A DNA stretch of 64,000 bases from the human T2T-CHM13v2.0 reference genome, Homo sapiens. The translations under genes were made by a program, and so were the position numbers. Positions 25,901-40,900 of this stretch are shown here, one piece after another. Under the pieces are notes generated by a model, which was given only the letters and a program-made list of their open reading frames with translations, was not told the DNA's origin and ran no database searches. Each line of letters begins with the position of its first letter. Within the stretch, counting starts at the first letter, position 1. The stretch lies in the NCBI RefSeq assembly GCF_009914755.1, contig NC_060943.1, one strand, 5' to 3'.

Positions 25901-28900
25901 TTGTAAAGTCTGCAAGTGGATATTCAGACCTCCTTGAGGCCTTCGTTGGAAACGGGATTTCTTCATATTATGCTAGACAGAAGAATTCTCAGTAACTTCC
26001 TTGTGTTGTGTGTATTCAACTCACAGAGTTGAACGATCCTTTACACAGAGCAGACTTGAAACACTCTTTTTGTGGAATTTGCAAGTGGAGATTTCAGCCG
26101 CTTTGAGGTCAATGGTAGAATAGGAAATATCTTCCTATAGAAACTAGACAGAATGATTCTCAGAAACTCCTTTGTGATGTGTGCGTTCAACTCACACAGT
26201 TTAACCTTTCTTTTCATAGAGCAGTTAGGAAACACTCTGTTTGTAAAGTCTGCAAGTGGATATTCAGACCTCCTTGAGGCATTCGTTGGAAACGGGATTT
26301 CTTCATATTATGCTAGACAGAAGAATTCTCAGTAACTTCCTTGTGTTGTGTGTATTCAACTCACAGAGTTGAACGATCCTTTACACAGAGCAGACTTGAA
26401 ACACTCTTTTTGTGGAATTTGCAAGTGGAGATTTCAGCCGCTTTGAGTTCAATGGTAGAATAGGAAATATCTTCCTATAGAAACTAGACAGAATGATTCT
26501 CAGAAACTCCTTTGTGATGTGTGCGTTCAACTCACAGAGTTCAACCTTTCTTTTCATAGAGCAGTTGGGAAACACTCTGTTTGTAAAGTCTGCAAGTGGA
26601 TATTCAGACTTCTTTGAGGCCTTCGTTGGAAGCGGGATTTCTTCATGTTCAGCTAGACAGAAGAATTCTCAGAAACTTCCTTGTGTTGTGTGTTTTCAAC
26701 TCACAGAGTTGAACGATCCTTTACACAGAGCAGACTTGAAACACTCCTTTTGTGGAATTTGCAAGTGGAGATTTCAGCCGCTTTGAGGTCAATGGTAGAA
26801 TAGGAAATATCTTCCTATAGAAACTAGACAGAATGATTCTCAGAAACTCCTTTGTGATGTGTGCGTTCAACTCACAGAGTTTAACCTTTCTTTTCATAGA
26901 GCAGTTAGGAAACACTCTGTTTGTAAAGTCTGCAAGTGGATATTCAGACATCCTTGAGGCTTTCGTTGGAAACGGGATTTCTTCATATTCTGCTAGAAAG
27001 AAGAATTCTCAGTAACTTCCTTGTGTTGTGTGTATTCAACTCACAGAGTTGAACGATCCTTTACACAGAGCAGACTTGAAACACTCTTTTTGTGGAATTT
27101 GCAAGTGGAGATTTCAGCCGCTTTGAGTTCAATGGTAGAATAGGAAATATCTTCCTATAGAAACTAGACAGAATGATTCTCAGAAACTCCTTTGTGATGT
27201 GTGCGTTCAACTCACAAAGTTTAACCTTTCTTTTCATAGAGCAGTTGGGAAACACTCTGTTTGTAAAGTCTGCAAGTGGATATTCAGACATCCTTGAGGC
27301 TTTCGTTGGAAACGGGATTTCTTCATATTCTGCTAGAAAGAAGAATTCTCAGTAACTTCCTTGTGTTGTGTGTATTCAACTCACAGAGTTGAACGATCCT
27401 TTACACAGAGCAGACTTGAAACACTCTTTTTGTGGAATTTGCAAGTGGAGATTTCAGCCGCTTTGAGTTCAATGGTAGAATAGGAAATATCTTCCTATAG
27501 AAACTAGACAGAATGATTCTCAGAAACTCCTTTGTGATGTGTGCGTTCAACTCACAGAGTTCAACCTTTCTTTTAATAGAGCAGTTGGGAAACACTCTGT
27601 TTGTAAATTCTGCAAGTGGATATTCAGACTTCTTTGAGGCCTTCGTTGGAAGCGGGATTTCTTCATATTCTGCTAGACAGAAGAATTCTCAGTAACCTCC
27701 TTGTGTTGTGTGTATTCAACTCACAGAGTTGAACGACCCTTTACACAGAGCAGACTTGAAACACTCTTTTTGTGGAATTTGCAAGTGGAGATTTCAGCCG
27801 CTTTGAGGTCAATGGTAGAATAGGAAATATCTTCCTATAGAAACTAGACAGAATGATTCTCAGAAACTCCTTTGTGATGTGTGCGTTCAACTCACAGAGT
27901 TTAACCTTTCTTTTCATAGAGCAGTTAGGAAACACTCTGTTTGTAAAGTCTGCAAGTGGATATTCAGACATCCTTGAGGCTTTCGTTGGAAACGGGATTT
28001 CTTCATGTTCTGCTAGACAGAAGAATTCTCAGTAACTGCCTTGTGTTGTGTATATTCAACTCACAGAGTTGAACGATCCTTTACACAGAGCAGACTTGAA
28101 ACACTCCTTTTGTGGAATTTGCAAGTGGAGATTTCAGCCGCTTTGAGGTCAATGGTAGAATAGGAAATATCTTCCTATAGAAACTAGACAGAATGATTCT
28201 CAGAAACTCCTTTGTGATGTGTTCGTTCAACTCACAGAGTTTAACCTTTCTTTTCATAGAGCAGTTAGGAAACACTCTGTTTGTAAAGTCTGCAAGTGGA
28301 TATTCAGACATCCTTGAGGCTTTCGTTGGAAACGGGATTTCTTCATATTCTGCTAGAAAGAAGAATTCTCAGTAACTTCCTTGTGTTGTGTGTATTCAGC
28401 TCACAGAGTTGAACGATCCTTTACACAGAGCAGACTTGAAACACTCTTTTTGTGGAATTTGCAAGTGGAGATTTCAGCCGCTTTGAGGTCAATGGTAGAA
28501 TAGGAAATATCTTCCTATAGAAACTAGACAGAATGATTCTCAGAAACTCCTTTGTGATGTGTGCGTTCAACTCACAGAGTTTAACCTTTCTTTTCATAGA
28601 GCAGTTAGGAAACACTCTGTTTGTAAAGTCTGCAAGTGGATATTCAGACCTCCTTGAGGCCTTCGTTGGAAACGGGATTTCTTCATATTATGCTAGACAG
28701 AAGAATTCTCAGTAACTTCCTTGTGTTGTGTGTATTCAACTCACAGAGTTGAACGATCCTTTACACAGAGCAGACTTGAAACACTCTTTTTGTGGAATTT
28801 GCAAGTGGAGATTTCAGCCGCTTTGAGGTCAATGGTAGAATAGGAAATATCTTCCTATAGAAACTAGACAGAATGATTCTCAGAAACTCCTTTGTGATGT

Positions 28901-31900
28901 GTGCGTTCAACTCACAGAGTTCAACCTTTCTTTTCATAGAGCAGTTGGGAAACACTCTGTTTGTAAAGTCTGCAAGTGGATATTCAGACTTCTTTGAGGC
29001 CTTCGTTGGAAGCGGGATTTCTTCATATTCTGCTAGAGAGAAGAATTCTCAGTAACTGCCTTGTGTTGTGTGTATTCAACTCACAGAGTTGAACGATCCT
29101 TTACACAGAGCAGACTTGAAACACTCTTTTTGTGGAATTTGCAAGTGGAGATTTCAGCCGCTTTGAGGTCAATGGTAGAATAGGAAATATCTTCCTATAG
29201 AAACTAGACAGAATGATTCTCAGAAACTCCTTTGTGATGTGTGCGTTCAACTCACAGAGTTTAACCTTTCTTTTCATAGAGCAGTTAGGAAACACTCTGT
29301 TTGTAAAGTCTGCAAGTGGATATTCAGACCTCCTTGAGGCCTTCGTTGGAAACGGGATTTCTTCATATTATGCTAGACAGAAGAATTCTCAGTAACTTCC
29401 TTGTGTTGTGTGTATTCAACTCACAGAGTTGAACGATCCTTTACACAGAGCAGACTTGAAACACTCTTTTTGTGGAATTTGCAAGTGGAGATTTCAGCCG
29501 CTTTGAGGTCAATGGTAGAATAGGAAATATCTTCCTATAGAAACTAGACAGAATGATTCTCAGAAACTCCTTTGTGATGTGTGCGTTCAACTCACAGAGT
29601 TCAACCTTTCTTTTCATAGAGCAGTTGGGAAACACTCTGTTTGTAAAGTCTGCAAGTGGATATTCAGACTTCTTTGAGGCCTTCGTTGGAAGCGGGATTT
29701 CTTCATATTCTGCTAGGCAGAAGAATTCTCAGTAACTGCCTTGTGTTGTGTGTATTCAACTCACAGAGTTGAACGATCCTTTACACAGAGCAGACTTGAA
29801 ACACTCTTTTTGTGGAATTTGCAAGTGGAGATTTCAGCCGCTTTGAGGTCAATGGTAGAATAGGAAATATCTTCCTATAGAAACTAGACAGAATGATTCT
29901 CAGAAACTCCTTTGTGATGTGTGCGTTCAACTCACACAGTTTAACCTTTCTTTTCATAGAGCAGTTAGGAAACACTCTGTTTGTAAAGTCTGCAAGTGGA
30001 TATTCAGACCTCCTTGAGGCCTTCGTTGGAAACGGGATTTCTTCATATTATGCTAGACAGAAGAATTCTCAGTAACTTCCTTGTGTTGTGTGTATTCAAC
30101 TCACAGAGTTGAACGATCCTTTACACAGAGCAGACTTGAAACACTCTTTTTGTGGAATTTGCAAGTGGAGATTTCAGCCGCTTTGAGTTCAATGGTAGAA
30201 TAGGAAATATCTTCCTATAGAAACTAGACAGAATGATTCTCAGAAACTCCTTTGTGATGTGTGCGTTCAACTCACAGAGTTCAACCTTTCTTTTCATAGA
30301 GCAGTTGGGAAACACTCTGTTTGTAAAGTCTGCAAGTGGATATTCAGACTTCTTTGAGGCCTTCGTTGGAAGCGGGATTTCTTCATATTCTGCTAGACAG
30401 AAGAATTCTCAGAAACTTCCTTGTGTTGTGTGTTTTCAACTCACAGAGATGAACGATCCTTTACACAGAGCAGACTTGAAACACTCCTTTTGTGGAATTT
30501 GCAAGTGGAGATTTCAGCCGCTTTGAGGTCAATGGTAGAATAGGAAATATCTTCCTATAGAAAGTAGACAGAATGATTCTCAGAAACTCCTTTGTGATGT
30601 GTGCGTTCAACTCACAGAGTTTAACCTTTCTTTTCATAGAGCAGTTAGGAAACACTCTGTTTGTAAAGTCTGCCAGTGGATATTCAGACATCCTTGAGGC
30701 CTTCGTTGGAAACGGGATTTCTTCATATTATGCTAGACAGAAGAATTCTCAGTAACTTCCTTGTGTTGTGTGTATTCAACTCACAGAGTTGAACGATCCT
30801 TTACACAGAGCAGACTTGAAACACTCTTTTTGTGGAATTTGCAAGTGGAGATTTCAGCCGCTTTGAGTTCAATGGTAGAATAGGAAATATCTTCCTATAG
30901 AAACTAGACAGAATGATTCTCAGAAACTCCTTTGTGATGTGTGCGTTCAACTCACAGAGTTCAACCTTTCTTTTCATAGAGCAGTTGGGAAACACTCTGT
31001 TTGTAAAGTCTGCAAGTGGATATTCAGACTTCTTTGAGGCCTTCGTTGGAAGAGGGATTTCTTCATATTCTGCTAGACAGAAGAATTCTCAGTAACTGCC
31101 TTGTGTTGTGTGTATTCAACTCACAGAGTTGAACGATTCTTTACACAGAGCAGACTTGAAACACTCTTTTTGTGGAATTTGCAAGTGGAGATTTCAGCCG
31201 CTTTGAGGTCAATGGTAGAATAGGAAATATCTTCCTATAGAAACTAGACAGAATGATTCTCAGAAACTCCTTTGTGATGTGTGCGTTCAACTCACAGAGT
31301 TTAACCTTTCTTTTCATAGAGCAGTTAGGAAACACTCTGTTTGTAAAGTCTGCAAGTGGATATTCAGACATCCTTGAGGCTTTCGTTGGAAACGGGATTT
31401 CTTCATATTCTGCTAGAAAGAAGAATTCTCAGTAACTTCCTTGTGTTGTGTGTATTCAACTCACAGAGTTGAACGATCCTTTACACAGAGCAGACTTGAA
31501 ACACTCTTTTTGTGGAATTTGCAAGTGGAGATTTCAGCCGCTTTGAGGTCAATGGTAGAATAGGAAATATCTTCCTATAGAAACTAGACAGAATGATTCT
31601 CAGAAACTCCTTTGTGATGTGTGCGTTCAACTCACAGAGTTTAACCTTTCTTTTCATAGAGCAGTTGGGAAACACTCTGTTTGTAAAGTCTGCAAGTGGA
31701 TATTCAGACATCCTTGAGGCTTTCGTTGGAAACGGGATTTCTTCATATTCTGCTAGAAAGAAGAATTCTCAGTAACTTCCTTGTGTTGTGTGTATTCAAC
31801 TCACAGAGTTGCACGATCCTTTACACAGAGCAGACTTGAAACACTCTTTTTGTGGAATTTGCAAGTGGAGATTTCAGCCGCTTTGAGTTCAATGGTAGAA

Positions 31901-34900
31901 TAGGAAATATCTTCCTATAGAAACTAGACAGAATGATTCTCAGAAACTCCTTTGTGATGTGTGCGTTCAACTCACAGAGTTCAACATTTCTTTTCATAGA
32001 GCAGTTGGGAAACACTCTGTTTGTAAAGTCTGCAAGTGGATATTCAGACTTCTTTGAGGCCTTCGTTGGAAGCGGGATTTCTTCATGTTCTGCTAGACAG
32101 AAGAATTCTCAGAAACTTCCTTGTGTTGTGTGTTTTCAACTCACAGAGTTGAACGATCCTTTACACAGAGCAGACTTGAAACACTCCTTTTGTGGAATTT
32201 GCAAGTGGAGATTTCAGCCGCTTTGAGGTCAATGGTAGAATAGGAAATATCTTCCTATAGAAACTAGACAGAATGATTCTCAGAAACTCCTTTGTGATGT
32301 GTGCGTTCAACTCACAGAGTTCAACCTTTCTTTTCATAGAGCAGTTGGGAAACACTCTGTTTGTAAAGTCAGCAAGTGGATATTCAGACTTCTTTGAGGC
32401 CTTCGTTGGAAGCGGGATTTCTTCATGTTCTAGACAGAAGAATTCTCAGAAACTTCCTTGTGTTGTGTGTTTTCAACTCACAGAGTTGAACGATCCTTTA
32501 CACAGAGCAGACTTGAAACACTCCTTTTGTGGAATTTGCAAGTGGAGATTTCAGCCGCTTTGAGGTCAATGGTAGAATAGGAAATATCTTCCTATAGAAA
32601 GTAGACAGAATGATTCTCAGAAACTCCTTTGTGATGTGTGCGTTCAACTCACAGAGTTTAACCTTTCTTTTCATAGAGCAGTTAGGAAACACTCTGTTTG
32701 TAAAGTCTGCAAGTGGATATTCAGACCTCCTTGAGGCCTTCGTTGGAAACAGGATTTCTTCATATTCTGCTAGACAGAAGAATTCTCAGTAACTTCCTTG
32801 TGTTGTGTGTATTCAACTCACAGAGTTGAACGATCCTTTACACAGAGCAGACTTGAAACACTCCTTTTGTGGAATTTGCAAGTGGAGATTTCAGCCGCTT
32901 TGAGTTCAATGGTAGAATAGGAAATATCTTCCTATAGAAACTAGACAGAATGATTCTCAGAAACTCCTTTGTGATGTGTGCGTTCAACTCACAGAGTTTA
33001 ACCTTTCTTTTCATAGAGCAGTTGGGAAACACTCTGTTTGTAAAGTCTGCAAGTGGATATTCAGACTTCTTTGAGGCCTTCGTTGGAAGCGGGATTTCTT
33101 CATATTCTGCTAGACAGAAGAATTCTCAGTAACTGCCTTGTGTTGTGTGTATTCAACTCACAGAGTTGAACGATCCTTTACACAGAGCAGACTTGAAACA
33201 CTCTTTTTGTGGAATTTGCAAATGGAGATTTCAGCCGCTGTGAGGTCAATGGTAGAATAGGAAATATCTTCCTATAGAAACTAGACAGAATGATTCTCAG
33301 AAACTCCTTTGTGATGTGTGCGTTCAACTCACAGAGTTCAACCTTTCTTTTCATAGAGCAGTTGGGAAACACTCTGTTTGTAAAGTCTGCAAGTGGATAT
33401 TCAGACTTCTTTGAGGCCTTCGTTGGAAGCGGGATTTCTTCATATTCTGCTAGACAGAAGAATTCTCAGTAACTGCCTTGTGTTGTGTGTATTCAACTCA
33501 CAGAGTTGAACGATCCTTTACACAGAGCAGACTTGAAACACTCTTTTTGTGGAATTTGCAAGTGGAGATTTCAGCCGCTTTGAGGTCAATGGTAGAATAG
33601 GAAATATCTTCCTATAGAAACTAGACAGAATGATTCTCAGAAACTCCTTTGTGATGTGTGCGTTCAACTCACAGAGTTTAACCTTTCTTTTCATAGAGCA
33701 GTTAGGAAACACTCTGTTTGTAAAGTCTGCAAGTGGATATTCAGACATCCTTGAGGCTTTCGTTGGAAACGGGATTTCTTCATATTCTGCTAGAAAGAAG
33801 AATTCTCAGTAACTTCCTTGTGTTGTGTGTATTCAACTCACAGAGTTGAACGATCCTTTACACAGAGCAGACTTGAAACACTCTTTTTGTGGAATTTGCA
33901 AGTGGAGATTTCAGCCGCTTTGAGGTCAATGGTAGAATAGGAAATATCTTCCTATAGAAACTAGACAGAATGATTCTCAGAAACTCCTTTGTGATGTGTG
34001 CGTTCAACTCACAGAGTTTAACCTTTCTTTTCATAGAGCAGTTAGGAAACACTCTGTTTGTAAAGTCTGCAAGTGGATATTCAGACCTCCTTGAGGCCTT
34101 CGTTGGAAACGGGATTTCTTCATATTATGCTAGACAGAAGAATTCTCAGTAACTTCCTTGTGTTGTGTGTATTCAACTCACAGAGTTGAACGATCCTTTA
34201 CACAGAGCAGACTTGAAACACTCTTTTTGTGGAATTTGCAAGTGGAGATTTCAGCCGCTTTGAGGTCAATGGTAGAATAGGAAATATCTTCCTATAGAAA
34301 CTAGACAGAATGATTCTCAGAAACTCCTTTGTGATGTGTGCGTTCAACTCACACAGTTTAACCTTTCTTTTCATAGAGCAGTTAGGAAACACTCTGTTTG
34401 TAAAGTCTGCAAGTGGATATTCAGACCTCCTTGAGGCATTCGTTGGAAACGGGATTTCTACATATTATGCTAGACAGAAGAATTCTCAGTAACTTCCTTG
34501 TGTTGTGTGTATTCAACTCACAGAGTTGAACGATCCTTTACACAGAGCAGACTTGAAACACTCTTTTTGTGGATTTTGCAAGTGGAGATTTCAGCCGCTT
34601 TGAGTTCAATGGTAGAATAGGAAATATCTTCCTATAGAAACTAGACAGAATGATTCTCAGAAACTCCTTTGTGATGTGTGCGTTCAACTCACAGAGTTCA
34701 ACCTTTCTTTTCATAGAGCAATTGGGAAACACTCTGTTTGTAAAGTCTGCAAGTGGATATTCAGACTTCTTTGAGGCCTTCGTTGGAAGCGGGATTTCTT
34801 CATGTTCAGCTAGACAGAAGAATTCTCAGAAACTTCCTTGTGTTGTGTGTTTTCAACTCACAGAGTTGAACGATCCTTTACACAGAGCAGACTTGAAACA

Positions 34901-37900
34901 CTCCTTTTGTGGAATTTGCAAGTGGAGATTTCAGCCGCTTTGAGGTCAATGGTAGAATAGGAAATATCTTCCTATAGAAACTAGACAGAATGATTCTCAG
35001 AAACTCCTTTGTGATGTGTGCGTTCAACTCACAGAGTTTAACCTTTCTTTTCATAGAGCAGTTAGGAAACACTCTGTTTGTAAAGTCTGCAAGTGGATAT
35101 TCAGACATCCTTGAGGCTTTCGTTTGAAACGGGATTTCTTCATATTCTGCTAGAAAGAAGAATTCTCAGTAACTTCCTTGTGTTGTGTGTATTCAACTCA
35201 CAGAGTTGAACGATCCTTTACACAGAGCAGACTTGAAACACTCTTTTTGTGGAATTTGCAAGTGGAGATTTCAGCCGCTTTGAGTTCAATGGTAGAATAG
35301 GAAATATCTTCCTATAGAAACTAGACAGAATGATTCTCAGAAACTCCTTTGTGATGTGTGCGTTCAACTCACAGAGTTTAACCTTTCTTTTCATAGAGCA
35401 GTTGGGAAACACTCTGTTTGTAAAGTCTGCAAGTGGATATTCAGACATCCTTGAGGCTTTCGTTGGAAACGGGATTTCTTCATATTCTGCTAGAAAGAAG
35501 AATTCTCAGTAACTTCCTTGTGTTGTGTGTATTCAACTCACAGAGTTGAACGATCCTTTACACAGAGCAGACTTGAAACACTCTTTTTGTGGAATTTGCA
35601 AGTGGAGATTTCAGCCGCTTTGAGTTCAATGGTAGAATAGGAAATATCTTCCTATAGAAACTAGACAGAATGATTCTCAGAAACTCCTTTGTGATGTGTG
35701 CGTTCAACTCACAGAGTTCAACCTTTCTTTTAATAGAGCAGTTGGGAAACACTCTGTTTGTAAATTCTGCAAGTGGATATTCAGACTTCTTTGAGGCCTT
35801 CGTTGGAAGCGGGATTTCTTCATATTCTGCTAGACAGAAGAATTCTCAGTAACTGCCTTGTGTTGTGTGTATTCAACTCACAGAGTTGAACGATCCTTTA
35901 CACAGAGCAGACTTGAAACACTCTTTTTGTGGAATTTGCAAGTGGAGATTTCAGCCGCTTTGAGGTCAATGGTAGAATAGGAAATATCTTCCTATAGAAA
36001 CTAGACAGAATGATTCTCAGAAACTCCTTTGTGATGTGTGCGTTCAACTCACAGAGTTCAACCTTTCTTTTCATAGAGCAGTTGGGAAACACTCTGTTTG
36101 TAAAGTCTGCAAGTGGATATTCAGACTTCTTTGAGGCCTTCGTTGGAAGCGGGATTTCTTCATATTCTGCTAGACAGAAGAATTCTCAGTAACTGCCTTG
36201 TGTTGTGTGTATTCAACTCACAGAGTTGAACGATCCTTTACACAGAGCAGACTTGAAACACTCTTTTTGTGGAATTTGCAAGTGGAGATTTCAGCCGCTT
36301 TGAGGTCAATGGTAGAATAGGAAATATCTTCCTATAGAAACTAGACAGAATGATTCTCAGAAACTCCTTTGTGATGTGTGCGTTCAACTCACAGAGTTTA
36401 ACCTTTCTTTTCATAGAGCAGTTAGGAAACACTCTGTTTGTAAAGTCTGCAAGTGGATATTCAGACATCCTTGAGGCTTTCGTTGGAAACGGGATTTCTT
36501 CATATTCTGCTAGAAAGAAGAATTCTCAGTAACTTCCTTGTGTTGTGTGTATTCAACTCACAGAGTTGAACGAACCTTTACACAGAGCAGACTTGAAACA
36601 CTCTTTTTGTGGAATTTGCAAGTGGAGATTTCAGCCGCTTTGAGGTCAATGGTAGAATAGGAAATATCTTCCTATAGAAACTAGACAGAATGATTCTCAG
36701 AAACTCCTTTGTGATGTGTGCGTTCAACTCACAGAGTTTAACCTTTCTTTTCATAGAGCAGTTAGGAAACACTCTGTTTGTAAAGTCTGCAAGTGGATAT
36801 TCAGACCTCCTTGAGGCCTTCGTTGGAAACGGGATTTCTTCATATTATGCTAGACAGAAGAATTCTCAGTAACTTCCTTGTGTTGTGTGTATTCAACTCA
36901 CAGAGTTGAACGATCCTTTACACAGAGCAGACTTGAAACACTCTTTTTGTGGAATTTGCAAGTGGAGATTTCAGCCGCTTTGAGGTCAATGGTAGAATAG
37001 GAAATATCTTCCTATAGAAACTAGACAGAATGATTCTCAGAAACTCCTTTGTGATGTGTGCGTTCAACTCACACACTTTAACCTTTCTTTTCATAGAGCA
37101 GTTAGGAAACACTCTGTTTGTAAAGTCTGCAAGTGGATATTCAGACCTCTTTGAGGCATTCGTTGGAAACGGGATTTCTACATATTATGCTAGACAGAAG
37201 AATTCTCAGTAACTTCCTTGTGTTGTGTGTATTCAACTCACAGAGTTGAACGATCCTTTACACAGAGCAGACTTGAAACACTCTTTTTGTGGATTTTGCA
37301 AGTGGAGATTTCAGCCGCTTTGAGTTCAATGGTAGAATAGGAAATATCTTCCTATAGAAACTAGACAGAATGATTCTCAGAAACTCCTTTGTGATGTGTG
37401 CGTTCAACTCACAGAGTTCAACCTTTCTTTTCATAGAGCAGTTGGGAAACACTCTGTTTGTAAAGTCTGCAAGTGGATATTCAGACTTCTTTGAGGCCTT
37501 CGTTGGAAGCGGGATTTCTTCATGTTCAGCTAGACAGAAGAATTCTCAGAAACTTCCTTGTGTTGTGTGTATTCAACTCACAGAGTTGAACGATCCTTTA
37601 CACAGAGCAGACTTGAAACACTCCTTTTGTGGAATTTGCAAGTGGAGATTTCAGCCGCTTTGAGGTCAATGGTAGAATAGGAAATATCTTCCTATAGAAA
37701 CTAGACAGAATGATTCTCAGAAACTCCTTTGTGATGTGTGCGTTCAACTCACAGAGTTCAACCTTTCTTTTCATAGAGCAGTTGGGAAACACTCTGTTTG
37801 TAAAGTCAGCAAGTGGATATTCAGACTTCTTTGAGGCCTTCGTTGGAAGCGGGATTTCTTCATGTTCTAGACAGAAGAATTCTCAGAAACTTCCTTGTGT

Positions 37901-40900
37901 TGTGTGTTTTCAACTCACAGAGTTGAACGATCCTTTACACAGAGCAGACTTGAAACACTCCTTTTGTGGAATTTGCAAGTGGAGATTTCAGCCGCTTTGA
38001 GGTCAATGGTAGAATAGGAAATATCTTCCTATAGAAAGTAGACAGAATGATTCTCAGAAACTCCTTTGTGATGTGTGCGTTCAACTCACAGAGTTTAACC
38101 TTTCTTTTCATAGAGCAGTTAGGAAACACTCTGTTTGTAAAGTCTGCAAGTGGATATTCAGACCTCCTTGAGGCCTTCGTTGGAAACAGGATTTCTTCAT
38201 ATTCTGCTAGACAGAAGAATTCTCAGTAACTTCCTTGTGTTGTGTGTATTCAACTCACAGAGTTGAACGATCCTTTACACAGAGCAGACTTGAAACACTC
38301 CTTTTGTGGAATTTGCAAGTGGAGATTTCAGCCGCTTTGAGTTCAATGGTAGAATAGGAAATATCTTCCTATAGAAACTAGACAGAATGATTCTCAGAAA
38401 CTCCTTTGTGATGTGTGCGTTCAACTCACAGAGTTTAACCTTTCTTTTCATAGAGCAGTTGGGAAACACTCTGTTTGTAAAGTCTGCAAGTGGATATTCA
38501 GACTTCTTTGAGGCCTTCGTTGGAAGCGGGATTTCTTCATATTCTGCTAGACAGAAGAATTCTCAGTAACTGCCTTGTGTTGTGTGTATTCAACTCACAG
38601 AGTTGAACGATCCTTTACACAGAGCAGACTTGAAACACTCTTTTTGTGGAATTTGCAAATGGAGATTTCAGCCGCTGTGAGGTCAATGGTAGAATAGGAA
38701 ATATCTTCCTATAGAAACTAGACAGAATGATTCTCAGAAACTCCTTTGTGATGTGTGCGTTCAACTCACAGAGTTCAACCTTTCTTTTCATAGAGCAGTT
38801 GGGAAACACTCTGTTTGTAAAGTCTGCAAGTGGATATTCAGACTTCTTTGAGGCCTTCGTTGGAAGCGGGATTTCTTCATATTCTGCTAGACAGAAGAAT
38901 TCTCAGTAACTGCCTTGTGTTGTGTGTATTCAACTCACAGAGTTGAACGATCCTTTACACAGAGCAGACTTGAAACACTCTTTTTGTGGAATTTGCAAGT
39001 GGAGATTTCAGCCGCTTTGAGGTCAATGGTAGAATAGGAAATATCTTCCTATAGAAACTAGACAGAATGATTCTCAGAAACTCCTTTGTGATGTGTGCGT
39101 TCAACTCACAGAGTTTAACCTTTCTTTTCATAGAGCAGTTAGGAAACACTCTGTTTGTAAAGTCTGCAAGTGGATATTCAGACATCCTTGAGGCTTTCGT
39201 TGGAAACGGGATTTCTTCATATTCTGCTAGAAAGAAGAATTCTCAGTAACTTCCTTGTGTTGTGTGTATTCAACTCACAGAGTTGAACGATCCTTTACAC
39301 AGAGCAGACTTGAAACACTCTTTTTGTGGAATTTGCAAGTGGAGATTTCAGCCGCTTTGAGGTCAATGGTAGAATAGGAAATATCTTCCTATAGAAACTA
39401 GACAGAATGATTCTCAGAAACTCCTTTGTGATGTGTGCGTTCAACTCACAGAGTTTAACCTTTCTTTTCATAGAGCAGTTAGGAAACACTCTGTTTGTAA
39501 AGTCTGCAAGTGGATATTCAGACCTCCTTGAGGCCTTCGTTGGAAACGGGATTTCTTCATATTATGCTAGACAGAAGAATTCTCAGTAACTTCCTTGTGT
39601 TGTGTGTATTCAACTCACAGAGTTGAACGATCCTTTACACAGAGCAGACTTGAAACACTCTTTTTGTGGAATTTGCAAGTGGAGATTTCAGCCGCTTTGA
39701 GGTCAATGGTAGAATAGGAAATATCTTCCTATAGAAACTAGACAGAATGATTCTCAGAAACTCCTTTGTGATGTGTGCGTTCAACTCACACAGTTTAACC
39801 TTTCTTTTCATAGAGCAGTTAGGAAACACTCTGTTTGTAAAGTCTGCAAGTGGATATTCAGACCTCCTTGAGGCATTCGTTGGAAACGGGATTTCTACAT
39901 ATTATGCTAGACAGAAGAATTCTCAGTAACTTCCTTGTGTTGTGTGTATTCAACTCACAGAGTTGAACGATCCTTTACACAGAGCAGACTTGAAACACTC
40001 TTTTTGTGGATTTTGCAAGTGGAGATTTCAGCCGCTTTGAGTTCAATGGTAGAATAGGAAATATCTTCCTATAGAAACTAGACAGAATGATTCTCAGAAA
40101 CTCCTTTGTGATGTGTGCGTTCAACTCACAGAGTTCAACCTTTCTTTTCATAGAGCAATTGGGAAACACTCTGTTTGTAAAGTCTGCAAGTGGATATTCA
40201 GACTTCTTTGAGGCCTTCGTTGGAAGCGGGATTTCTTCATGTTCAGCTAGACAGAAGAATTCTCAGAAACTTCCTTGTGTTGTGTGTTTTCAACTCACAG
40301 AGTTGAACGATCCTTTACACAGAGCAGACTTGAAACACTCCTTTTGTGGAATTTGCAAGTGGAGATTTCAGCCGCTTTGAGGTCAATGGTAGAATAGGAA
40401 ATATCTTCCTATAGAAACTAGACAGAATGATTCTCAGAAACTCCTTTGTGATGTGTGCGTTCAACTCACAGAGTTTAACCTTTCTTTTCATAGAGCAGTT
40501 AGGAAACACTCTGTTTGTAAAGTCTGCAAGTGGATATTCAGACATCCTTGAGGCTTTCGTTTGAAACGGGATTTCTTCATATTCTGCTAGAAAGAAGAAT
40601 TCTCAGTAACTTCCTTGTGTTGTGTGTATTCAACTCACAGAGTTGAACGATCCTTTACACAGAGCAGACTTGAAACACTCTTTTTGTGGAATTTGCAAGT
40701 GGAGATTTCAGCCGCTTTGAGTTCAATGGTAGAATAGGAAATATCTTCCTATAGAAACTAGACAGAATGATTCTCAGAAACTCCTTTGTGATGTGTGCGT
40801 TCAACTCACAGAGTTTAACCTTTCTTTTCATAGAGCAGTTGGGAAACACTCTGTTTGTAAAGTCTGCAAGTGGATATTCAGACATCCTTGAGGCTTTCGT

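Noticed and set aside
35118-40571. CENP-B box variant TTTCGTTTGAAACGGGA (35118, 40555) and ATTCG... variants as box losses
   Set aside because: The changes fall outside the 9 core positions of the consensus, so they were not counted as disrupted.
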